A stretch of 33,093 nt of DNA from Pseudolysinimonas sp. (GTDB lineage Bacteria; Actinomycetota; Actinomycetes; Actinomycetales; Microbacteriaceae). The first letter of the stretch is position 1. Each line of letters begins with the position of its first letter. Under the pieces are notes generated by a model. The model saw only the letters and a program-made list of their open reading frames with translations, had not been told where the DNA came from and made no database searches. Shown here piece by piece: positions 19,967 through 28,116 of this stretch. The stretch lies in contig JBDTNW010000001.1 of NCBI GenBank assembly GCA_039933575.1, positions 1 to 33,093 on the forward strand, in the 5' to 3' direction. Both the position numbers and the translations under genes were made by a program.

Positions 19967-21161
19967 TCCCGAGGAAGGGCGCGAGCGCAGCAGCCGATCG
20001 GGCACCGTTATGCACGGCCTCCACAAAGGAGGGACCCGCCTCACGGAGCGAGTCGAATGCTGCGGGCTCGGCCGCGGCGCGCCGCAGTTCACCCTCGAGC
20101 GATTCGATGGTCGCCTCGTGAACGGGCAGCTCGAGACCTGTGTGAGAACGCACGACGGCTCGGGTGGCGTCGTCGACATGCCCCATCACAAGCAGGCCCG
20201 CTGACATCGCCTCACACGCGGTCACGCCGTAGCTACCGATGGCGAACTGATCGAGCACGACGTCAGCCCCCGCATAGAAGGCCGGCATCGAGGCGTGCGG
20301 GATGCCGACGACCTCCCGATAGTCGATGATCCCCTCCGCCGCGAGCCGATTGAGCATCGGCAGAATCCTCTCGGTGCCCTTGACCCACATCTGCGTCGGT
20401 GCGTGCGCGACCACCAGCGGCCCGGACGATCGGGGGGCGAGCGCCGCCCCCCGCCATACGGAGGGGTCGACGACGAGAGGGCACCACACGGCCTCAGGCA
20501 CCCACCGCAACAAGTCGGGCGTTGACACGAACACGGGCAGCCCTGACTCCACAGCGAGTGCCGAGTTTCGCGCGGCGGCCTCCTCGAGCGCATGCGCCGG
20601 CCCCGCGGGGTACCGGAAGGGTGACCAGAGACTCCCCGCCGCATGGCGTGAGGGCGGGCGGATGTCGCTCCCGTGGAACATCAACGCGCCGCTGATGCCG
20701 AGCGCGCGAAGCCGCGCGAGTTCGATGAGGACGGAGCCGTAGGCTCGACCGAGCAGCGGCAGCCCCGACTCCCAGATCACGTGAGTCTGACCGGCGATGA
20801 ATGCCTCGAACTCGTCATGCCATTTGCCGGAACGCTGGTAGACCCCGGCCGGGACACGAAGGTCGACCTTAGGGAAGTACGGATCGGCGATCCCCTCCAT
20901 GGACACAGCCTCGACTGCCGGCAAATTCCTCTCCGCCGAACGGGCCCACTCATAGCCCTGCCCCGCCGAATTGGCCGGGCCGATCAGGAGGCGTACAGGT
21001 TGCCCCGCCGTCGCGGGGATTGGGGGCACCTCGTCCTCGGAGTAGCGAAACCGCACGGCATCCGCCAGTCGCCCCAAGCGCCCCTCGCCTCGGGCAATGC
21101 GGTAGGCGAAACGGCGAAACCACGCAGGTCCCTCGTCCAACAGCCTGACGGTGTCGCGCAT
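19956..21161 (-). CDS. GT-B-fold glycosyltransferase-like protein (related to 10663-11871)
   Basis: FHGSDIRPP, VVAHAPT..VKGT and ADVVLDQF..YGVTACEAMSAG. SD GGAGGT precedes ATG 21161. Confidence 0.75.
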   Translation of the reverse strand: MRDTVRLLDEGPAWFRRFAYRIARGEGRLGRLADAVRFRYSEDEVPPIPATAGQPVRLLIGPANSAGQGYEWARSAERNLPAVEAVSMEGIADPYFPKVDLRVPAGVYQRSGKWHDEFEAFIAGQTHVIWESGLPLLGRAYGSVLIELARLRALGISGALMFHGSDIRPPSRHAAGSLWSPFRYPAGPAHALEEAAARNSALAVESGLPVFVSTPDLLRWVPEAVWCPLVVDPSVWRGAALAPRSSGPLVVAHAPTQMWVKGTERILPMLNRLAAEGIIDYREVVGIPHASMPAFYAGADVVLDQFAIGSYGVTACEAMSAGLLVMGHVDDATRAVVRSHTGLELPVHEATIESLEGELRRAAAEPAAFDSLREAGPSFVEAVHNGARSAAALAPFLGISA

Positions 21162-21192
21162 CGCACCTCCACCCCAGACACGGCTTTGCACC

Positions 21193-21249
21193 ATTCTACC
21201 GATCGAGTGCGATGTCGGTCAGGAAGGCCTGGCACGCCGCTGATACCGT
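21193..21249. promoter_or_regulatory. Divergent promoters: TAGAAT (minus, 21193-21198) and extended -10 TGaTACCGT (plus, 21241-21249, leaderless)
   Basis: TANNNT hexamers; the plus-strand one ends 7 nt before ATG 21257. Confidence 0.55.
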
Positions 21250-21256
21250 CATCGAA

Positions 21257-23068
21257 ATGAAACACCTTTGGCGCGTGTTCCGCGATCTCCTGCCCCTCTT
21301 ACCTGGTCGCGCTCGGCAATTCCTCGTCACCTACGTCGTGTGCACCGCGGTGCTCGCGCTCTTCGACGTCGTCGCGATGTCGCTGCTCGTGCTCATCATC
21401 ACCCCCGTCGCGGCGGGGACGGCGGTGGTGCTCCCCGTGATCGGCGCACTCTCTCCCGACGCGACTCCGATCCTGATTCTGATCGCGTGCGCACTCATCA
21501 TCGTCAAAAGCATCCTCTCGGTGGGAATGCACTGGATCGCCACCCGACAGTTCGCGATCTACGAGTACGAGATCGGCGCCCGCCTGTTCCGTGCCTACCT
21601 CAACTCGACGTGGGAGGAGCGTTCGAAACGAAACACGGTGGAGTTCACTCGCATCGCCGACACCGGCATCTCCGTTGCAATGTCGAGCCTGGTCCTGTCC
21701 CTGCTGGTCATCCCGGGGAACGTCCTGACCATCGTGCTCACTCTGGGCGTCCTCATCTTCGCCCAGCCCGTGACGGCCGGACTCGCCCTTGTCTACTTGG
21801 GGATCGTCGCGTTCATCATTAACCAAGTCGTCACCAAGCGCACCCTCGACGCAGCTCAGAGCAACCTCGACTTCAGCTTCCGCATCGCGCAGCTCTTGAC
21901 CGAAATGGTCGACGCTCTCAAAGAGCTCACCCTGCGTGGCCGCCTCGGCCAGATCCAGGAGGTCGTCGGCCGTCATCGCCAGTCCGCCGTCAAGGCTCGC
22001 GCCTCGCTGTCGTTCTTATCGATCATCCCTCGCTACAGCTACGAGGCTGCCCTCATTGGCGGCTTTCTCCTCATCGGCGGGGTCGGCTACCTGATCGGTG
22101 GCCTGAGCACAGCCGTCGTCGGAGTGGCCCTCTTCGGGGCTACCGGCATCCGCCTCATCCCGGCGCTGACGGGCATCCAAGGGTCGGTGATCACCGCTAC
22201 GGCCAGCATCCCGTGGGTTGTGGACGTCATCAACGACCTGCGCGGCGCGGAAGCCAACTCCACAGATGCATTGGGCGGGATCGATGCAGTCGAGCTTCCC
22301 GAGGAGCCGCGCGCACTGCAGCTCGACGGCATCCGCTTCAGCTATCCCGCCACCGACGGGGACGTCCTCTTCGGCCTCGACCTCGAGGTCCCCCTCGGCT
22401 CCTCACTCGGGATCGTAGGCCCCAGCGGTTCCGGCAAGTCGACCCTGATCGATCTGCTACTCGGGTTGCGCATGCCGACAGCAGGGACGATCCGACTTGA
22501 CGGCCAGCCGTTGCCCGACGTCATCCATTCGTGGCGTTCTCGGATCGGTTACGTTCCTCAGCGGGTGACCCTGTTCGACGGGACGATCGGTCAGAACGTC
22601 GCGCTCACCTGGGACGACGACTATGACCGCGAAAAGGTCCTCGAGGTGCTCGAGAAGGCGCAACTCAGCTCCCTGATCGCGGCACGCAAGGGCGGCATCG
22701 ACGAACGGATCGGGGAGCGCGGGATTTCGCTCTCCGGCGGTCAACAACAGCGACTCGGGATCGCCCGCGCCCTCTACTCAGACCCGTTGGTGCTCGTTCT
22801 GGACGAGGCCACGAGCGCGCTCGACACTAAGACGGAAGATGATGTCGTGCAGGCGTTGAAGGCACTCCACGGCGAGGTCACTCTCATCGCCGTCGCCCAC
22901 CGCATCTCGACGATCAAGGACTACGACCAGATCTGCTACCTCGATCGGGGGCGGATCCTCGGCAAGGGCACCTTCAAGGAGCTGGCCGCAGCGCTTCCGC
23001 AGTTTGGACTTCAGGTACAGCTCGCGGGACTCAGCGACCGCGCGCCGGACCTCCTCCTAGGGCCGTGA
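21257..23068 (+). CDS. ABC exporter with fused TMD-NBD (PglK/MsbA-like lipid-linked glycan flippase candidate)
   Basis: N-terminal hydrophobic helices, Walker A GPSGSGKST, signature LSGGQQQR, Walker B VLVLDE and H-loop VAHR. Confidence 0.9.
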   Translation: MKHLWRVFRDLLPLLPGRARQFLVTYVVCTAVLALFDVVAMSLLVLIITPVAAGTAVVLPVIGALSPDATPILILIACALIIVKSILSVGMHWIATRQFAIYEYEIGARLFRAYLNSTWEERSKRNTVEFTRIADTGISVAMSSLVLSLLVIPGNVLTIVLTLGVLIFAQPVTAGLALVYLGIVAFIINQVVTKRTLDAAQSNLDFSFRIAQLLTEMVDALKELTLRGRLGQIQEVVGRHRQSAVKARASLSFLSIIPRYSYEAALIGGFLLIGGVGYLIGGLSTAVVGVALFGATGIRLIPALTGIQGSVITATASIPWVVDVINDLRGAEANSTDALGGIDAVELPEEPRALQLDGIRFSYPATDGDVLFGLDLEVPLGSSLGIVGPSGSGKSTLIDLLLGLRMPTAGTIRLDGQPLPDVIHSWRSRIGYVPQRVTLFDGTIGQNVALTWDDDYDREKVLEVLEKAQLSSLIAARKGGIDERIGERGISLSGGQQQRLGIARALYSDPLVLVLDEATSALDTKTEDDVVQALKALHGEVTLIAVAHRISTIKDYDQICYLDRGRILGKGTFKELAAALPQFGLQVQLAGLSDRAPDLLLGP

Positions 23069-23078
23069 AGCTCGGTAC

Positions 23079-24203
23079 CTATCGAAAACGCGTGCGCAGT
23101 TTCGCGAGCGCCCGCCAGAATCCCCCTGAATTCGGGTACGCGGTGTAGTCGAGGGGAGGACGGGCGATCAGGGCGTCGAATTCCGCAGGCGTGAGTCCGA
23201 GCTTCTTGGCGATGAACTCCTGATCTTGCACGCGCAGCGGCTCGGGATAATTCGACGTAACCATGAGCGCCAGCGCGTCGTCTCGGCTCACCTGCCCGGA
23301 GAGGATCAAAGACGAGTAGTGCGCGAGCCGCTTGTCGAAGCCGAACTTATGCGGCAGGTAATAGCCCTGGAAGTACCGGGTGAACACCGACTCGTAGTGC
23401 TTGCCCCCGTAGTCGCGCCAGCCGACGCTGTCAGCAATGTCCTTCTTGGCGTCGGCGTAGACGTACGGCATGTAGTTGAGCGGCCGAACGGTATGGATGC
23501 GTCGAACAAGCGGGAACCAGATGTGCCGCGCGAACATCCCCATCACGGGATACGTCTTCAGCTTCACGGAGCCAAAGCGCTTGTGCACGGCTCTGAGATG
23601 CGTGGCGTCGTCGGCGTTGTAGCCCCAGGCCTCCGGGAGCACCGATTCGGTGGCGGCGTTCCCCCCGGACAGGATGTACTTGACTCCGTACTTCTTCGCC
23701 TGCTGGTAGGAAACCCACCCGAAGGCATGATCGGTCGGAGTGTCGGCGTTTGCGAGTGACGCCTTGACGAAGGAGAGCTGCAGGTCCTGCATCTCACGCC
23801 AATCGACGACGTGCGTGTACAGGTCAAGACCCAGGGTGGTGACGAGGTTATGAATGTTGCTCACCGCCAGCTCGGAGTTCCAGCCGCTATCGAAATGAAC
23901 GACGAGCGGACGGAGCCCGAGCCTCACTGCCTGGAGAGTCAGGTAGGTACTGTCGACACCGCCTGAGACGCCGATGATGCAGTCATAGGGCTTGTTCGCA
24001 CCCGCTGCCTTGATGGTGGCTACGAGGCTCTCGAGCTCGCCAAGTCGCTCGCCGCGTTGAGCTGGGAGGAGGACCGGAGCGAAAACCTCATCGAAGTGGT
24101 GCGCATGCGACGACACGCCGTTCTCGTCGAACCAGATATCAGGGTCGGTCGTATCCATGATTGTGCGCGCACACCTCTGATACGGTCGCGGCTCAGCTGA
24201 CAT
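23079..24203 (-). CDS. Stand-alone N-acetyl-sugar amidotransferase (WbuX/WbpG/LfnA-like)
   Basis: IMDTTDPDIWFDENG, YDCIIGVSGGVDSTY (PP-loop), VHFDSGWNSELAV and YGGKHYES; SD AAGGA. Confidence 0.9.
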   Translation of the reverse strand: MSAEPRPYQRCARTIMDTTDPDIWFDENGVSSHAHHFDEVFAPVLLPAQRGERLGELESLVATIKAAGANKPYDCIIGVSGGVDSTYLTLQAVRLGLRPLVVHFDSGWNSELAVSNIHNLVTTLGLDLYTHVVDWREMQDLQLSFVKASLANADTPTDHAFGWVSYQQAKKYGVKYILSGGNAATESVLPEAWGYNADDATHLRAVHKRFGSVKLKTYPVMGMFARHIWFPLVRRIHTVRPLNYMPYVYADAKKDIADSVGWRDYGGKHYESVFTRYFQGYYLPHKFGFDKRLAHYSSLILSGQVSRDDALALMVTSNYPEPLRVQDQEFIAKKLGLTPAEFDALIARPPLDYTAYPNSGGFWRALAKLRTRFR

Positions 24204-24235
24204 TGGCCCTGTCCTTCTCTCCAGCCCTGGACACC

Positions 24236-24296
24236 ATTCTACGAGCGACGTTTCGTCGCACCGGCCATACCCGGAGACGAAACGTCGCCGTAGACT
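24236..24296. promoter_or_regulatory. Palindromic divergent promoter: 13-bp perfect inverted repeat flanked by two -10 elements
   Basis: gcgacgtttcgtc (24245-24257) pairs with gacgaaacgtcgc (24276-24288). TAGAAT on minus at 24236-24241 and TAGACT on plus at 24291-24296. Confidence 0.65.
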
Positions 24297-24304
24297 CGTG
24301 CTCC

Positions 24305-25444
24305 GTGCGGCCCAGAATCCTTTGCGTCTCCTTTTCGCCGATCCACGCGGATTCACGTGTCCTGCGGCAGATCGACGTGCTGCAACAGCACGGTGACGTC
24401 ACGACCGTCGGCTACGGCCCCGCCCCCGAAGGCGTCGCGCATCACATCCAGGTTCCCGACGACGCGTCGTCTCTGCCGCAGACGCCGCTCGGCGTCGCCC
24501 GGCTCGCCCTTCGCCTGCACACGGGCGTCGAGCTGAAGTCACCGGGAGAGAAGGCGGTCGTGAAGCGGGTCGCCGAGTCGGGCCGGTACGACCTCGTGGT
24601 GGCGAACGACGCTCGCGCGCTTCCCCTCGCCTTCGCGGCGGACGGCGCGAAGGTCTACGCCGACATGCACGAGTGGGCCGCCGAGGAGCGCGCGACAGTG
24701 CTGGTCTGGCGTCTGCTCGTCGGCCCGTACATGGAGTATCTCTGCCAGAAGTACCTTCCCCGAACGGCGACGGTGTCGAGCGTGAGTGCCGGTCTCGCCG
24801 GCCTCTACCGCGACCGCTACGGCGTCGCGATCGAGACGATCCGTAACGCCGCCGACTTCCGGGCGGACCTCGCTCCACGGCCCGTCGATCCGGACCGCAT
24901 CAAGCTCGTGCACAGCGGCACCGCCGACGTGGAGCGCAACATCGTCGAGCTCATCGAGGCCACGGAGCGACTCGGCGAGCGCTTCAGTCTCGACCTCTAC
25001 CTGCTGGAGGTCCCCGGCGGCCACCTGGCGGAGATCAAGAAGAAGGCCGCGTCGATCCCGCGCGTCACCGTGCACGACCCGGTGCCCCCGGAGACACTCC
25101 CCACCGTGCTCAACCAGTACGACCTCGGCGTCTTCCTCTACCCGCTCAAGACACTCAGCCACCTGTACCACCTGCCGAACAAGTTCTTCGACTTCGTGCA
25201 GGCCCGGTTGGGGCTCGTGTTCTCGCCCGCACCGGAGATCGATGCGCACATCGCCGAGTACGGCCTCGGGCTGATCACGGCCGACACCACGGCCGACGCG
25301 CTCGTCGACGCCCTGCGCGACATCACCGCCGACGACGTGACCGCGTGGAAGAACGCGTCCGACCGCTCGGCGCGGTCGCTCTCCAGCGAGCCCGACCGCG
25401 CCGTGCAGGATGCTCTCGTCGCACGGCTCCTCGCCGACCGATGA
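24305..25444 (+). CDS. GT-B glycosyltransferase (paralog of 17769-18905)
   Basis: ILCVSFSPIHADSRVLRQ, ADMHEW, LVHSG and LPNKFFDFVQARL. Confidence 0.8.
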   Translation: MRPRILCVSFSPIHADSRVLRQIDVLQQHGDVTTVGYGPAPEGVAHHIQVPDDASSLPQTPLGVARLALRLHTGVELKSPGEKAVVKRVAESGRYDLVVANDARALPLAFAADGAKVYADMHEWAAEERATVLVWRLLVGPYMEYLCQKYLPRTATVSSVSAGLAGLYRDRYGVAIETIRNAADFRADLAPRPVDPDRIKLVHSGTADVERNIVELIEATERLGERFSLDLYLLEVPGGHLAEIKKKAASIPRVTVHDPVPPETLPTVLNQYDLGVFLYPLKTLSHLYHLPNKFFDFVQARLGLVFSPAPEIDAHIAEYGLGLITADTTADALVDALRDITADDVTAWKNASDRSARSLSSEPDRAVQDALVARLLADR

Positions 25445-26634
25445 GGCCCGGCCGCCGGGCGCCGACCGACCGCCGCATGCGGATCGTCATCGCCACCCGG
25501 ATTTTCGGGCCGGAGGTCTCGGCGGCATCAGCGATCCTGCGCATCTGGGCAGAGCAGTTCCGCGATCGCGGCCACGACGTCGTGATCCTGACCGCGAAGC
25601 CGCCCCCCGGATCGGTCATCGACGACCCGCCCCGGATCGACATCCGCCGCGCATCGGTCAAGCGCGACAAGCAGCAGTACGTGCGCGGGTACTTCAGCTA
25701 CCTGAGTTTCGACATCCCGCTCGCGTTTCGCCTGCTGTTCTCGCGGCGCGCTGACCTCTACCTCGTGGAACCCCCACCCACGACGGTCGCGGTCGTGCGC
25801 GTCGTCGCCGCCCTGCGCCGCACCCCGTACGTGGTTCGTGCCGCCGACTACTGGACCGAGGCCGCCGAACTCGTGACGAGCAACCGGCTCGTGATCGGCG
25901 CGCTCCGCCGAATTGAGGCGTGGGGCCTTCGTGGAGCCGCGATGCTGTTTGCCGCCCACCAACCGCTGATCGACCGTTTCCGCGAGGTCGGCATCATGAC
26001 CCCCGCCGTGCCGATCGGTTTCGGCGCCGACACCGTGCACTTCCGCTATGACGGCCAACGTCCCCCTGAACTCCCGGTCTTCGTCTACGGCGGAACTTAT
26101 TCGGAGTGGCACGGTGCTGGCATCTTCATCGACGCCCTCCCCGCCGTTCTGGCTCGGTACCCCGGCGCCCGGCTGGTCTACTACGGCAACGGCGAGGACC
26201 GCGACGCGCTTCACGCCCGCGCCCTCGCCCTCGGGGTCGCCGATTCGGTCGAGTTCAACGGCCCGATCCCGCCCGCCGCTCTCTCCCCGATCCTCGCCGC
26301 GGCCACGGTGTCGGTCGCGAGCCTCGCGCCCGTGCCGCCCAACGACTACGCGCTAGCCACGAAGGTTTACTCGTCGCTCGCCGCGGGGTGCCCGGTGATC
26401 TACGCCGGGCGCGGACCCACGGTGGAGTTCCTCAACGACTCCGACCACCCGCACGCGGGCGTGGCCGTCGCGTACGACGTCGCGGCGGTGTCCGCGGCGA
26501 TGAACGCGGCGGCCGCATCCCCGCTTCCCCCGGCCTCGCGCGCGGAACTGGCCGCCTGGTCGGCGCGCGAGTATTCGCTGACCACGATCGCCGCGCGGGT
26601 CGTCGACGAGAGCCTCGCGATCGCCCGCCGGTAG
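25441..26634 (+). CDS. GT4 family glycosyltransferase (WbuB-like)
   Basis: RIVIATRIFGPE, GHDVVILT, VYGGTYSEWHG and KVYSSLAAGCPVI. ATGA overlap; 25477 is an alternative start. Confidence 0.82.
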   Translation: MRPGRRAPTDRRMRIVIATRIFGPEVSAASAILRIWAEQFRDRGHDVVILTAKPPPGSVIDDPPRIDIRRASVKRDKQQYVRGYFSYLSFDIPLAFRLLFSRRADLYLVEPPPTTVAVVRVVAALRRTPYVVRAADYWTEAAELVTSNRLVIGALRRIEAWGLRGAAMLFAAHQPLIDRFREVGIMTPAVPIGFGADTVHFRYDGQRPPELPVFVYGGTYSEWHGAGIFIDALPAVLARYPGARLVYYGNGEDRDALHARALALGVADSVEFNGPIPPAALSPILAAATVSVASLAPVPPNDYALATKVYSSLAAGCPVIYAGRGPTVEFLNDSDHPHAGVAVAYDVAAVSAAMNAAAASPLPPASRAELAAWSAREYSLTTIAARVVDESLAIARR

Positions 26635-26651
26635 CCGACGGCATCCGCACG

Positions 26652-26657
26652 TAGAAT
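26652..26657 (+). promoter_or_regulatory. Putative -10 element TAGAAT for the nucleotide-sugar dehydrogenase
   Basis: TAGAAT followed by SD GGAG (26678-26681) and GTG 26690. Confidence 0.55.
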
Positions 26658-26689
26658 CGAACCCGCACAACCACCCTGGAGACATTCCT

Positions 26690-27997
26690 GTGAAGATCGC
26701 CGTCATCGCCCTCGGCAAGATCGGCCTCCCCCTCGCCGTCCAGTTCGCCAGCAAGGGTCATGACGTAGTCGGCGTCGACGTCTCGCAGCGCACCGTCGAC
26801 CTCGTCAACCAGGGCGTCGAGCCCTTCCCGGGCGAGGCGCACCTGCAAGAAAAGCTCACCGAGCTGGTCCCGGCCGGCCGCCTGCGCGCGACGACGGATT
26901 ATGCAGACGCAGTTCCCGGTGCGGACGCTGTCGTGCTCGTCGTCCCGCTGTTCGTCGACGAGGAGACCGCCGAACCCCAGTTCGACTGGATGGACGCCGC
27001 CACGCGGTCCCTCGGCGCCGTCCTGACCCCCGGAACCCTTGTCTCCTACGAGACGACCCTCCCGGTCGGCATCACCCGCACCCGGTGGAAGCCGATGCTC
27101 GAAGAGGCGTCGGGACTCACCGAGGGCGTCGACTTCGACCTCGTGTTTTCTCCGGAGCGCGTGCTCACCGGCCGGGTCTTCGCGGATCTGCGGAAGTACC
27201 CCAAGCTCGTCGGCGGATTGTCGGAGCGCGGCGCGGCGCGCGCTGTCGAGTTCTACGAGGCGGTGCTCGACTTCGACGAGAGGCCCGACCTCGTCCGCCC
27301 GAATGGCGTCTGGGATCTCGGCAGCGCCGAGGCCGCCGAGCTCGCGAAGCTTGCCGAAACCACGTACCGCGACGTCAACATCGGGCTCGCTAACCAGTTC
27401 GCGCGCTACGCGTCGACCGCGGGCATCGACATCTATCAGGTCATCGAAGCGTCCAACTCGCAGCCCTACTCGCACATCCACCAGCCCGGCATCGCCGTTG
27501 GCGGACACTGCATCCCGGTCTACCCGCGGCTCTACCTGTGGACGGACCCCGAGGCAACCGTCGTGGCGGCCGCACGGGCGGCCAACGCCGGGATGCCGGA
27601 GTACACGATCGGGCTGCTCGAGGGCGCCTACGGCGATCTGACCGGAGCCAAAGTTGTCGTGCTCGGTGCGGCTTACCGCGGCGGAGTCAAGGAGACCGCG
27701 TTCTCCGGCGTCTTCGGCGCCGTCGCAGCGCTCAAGACCCGTGGCGCGAACGTGGTCGTCCACGACCCGCTCTACGCTGACGACGAACTGATCCGGCTCG
27801 GCTTCACGCCGTATCACTTAGGCGAGCGGGCCGATGCCGTCGTCGTCCAGGCCGATCACGCCGAATACCGCTCCCTCGGGCCGGACGACCTTCCAGGGAT
27901 CACCGCATTCATTGACGGGCGTCGGGTGTCGAGCGCCGAGCGCTGGAAGGGTGTCGCCTACCGCGTCATCGGCAAAGCCACGGTGCCCGCGGCCTGA
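26690..27997 (+). CDS. UDP-N-acetylhexosamine 6-dehydrogenase (WbpA/WecC-like)
   Basis: ALGKIGLP, ETTLPVG, FSPERV, AKLAETTYRDVNI, GGHCIP (catalytic Cys) and VHDP. Confidence 0.92.
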   Translation: MKIAVIALGKIGLPLAVQFASKGHDVVGVDVSQRTVDLVNQGVEPFPGEAHLQEKLTELVPAGRLRATTDYADAVPGADAVVLVVPLFVDEETAEPQFDWMDAATRSLGAVLTPGTLVSYETTLPVGITRTRWKPMLEEASGLTEGVDFDLVFSPERVLTGRVFADLRKYPKLVGGLSERGAARAVEFYEAVLDFDERPDLVRPNGVWDLGSAEAAELAKLAETTYRDVNIGLANQFARYASTAGIDIYQVIEASNSQPYSHIHQPGIAVGGHCIPVYPRLYLWTDPEATVVAAARAANAGMPEYTIGLLEGAYGDLTGAKVVVLGAAYRGGVKETAFSGVFGAVAALKTRGANVVVHDPLYADDELIRLGFTPYHLGERADAVVVQADHAEYRSLGPDDLPGITAFIDGRRVSSAERWKGVAYRVIGKATVPAA

Positions 27998-28116
27998 TTC
28001 TGCGCGGCGCGGGCCACGGGCAGGGCAGCGCCTCCGCGTGGCATGATTAACGGTCTGCGAGGTGGCGGCGGTCGCTCGCGCGGCGGCTCCCCTCCCGAAA
28101 ATCGGAGTTCATTCAC

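Noticed and set aside
23068-23079. Resemblance to a vector polylinker (SacI-KpnI, gagctcggtacc)
   Set aside because: One mismatch, only about 11 bp, and flanked by intact native stop codons; chance match.
26432-27817. Long antisense ORFs (also 17301-18656, 16657-17727, 27958-29073, 1475-2527, 12195-13178) and the same-strand alternative-frame ORF 30082-31356
   Set aside because: Shadow frames of well-supported genes, expected in high-GC DNA; no recognisable motifs.
28093-28108. Small hairpin (ctcccga-aaa-tcggag) covering the SD of the Ntn fusion gene; possible riboswitch or glmS-type ribozyme
   Set aside because: The stem is short and bulged, the 119-bp GC-rich intergenic region shows no recognisable riboswitch consensus, and a covariance search would be needed.
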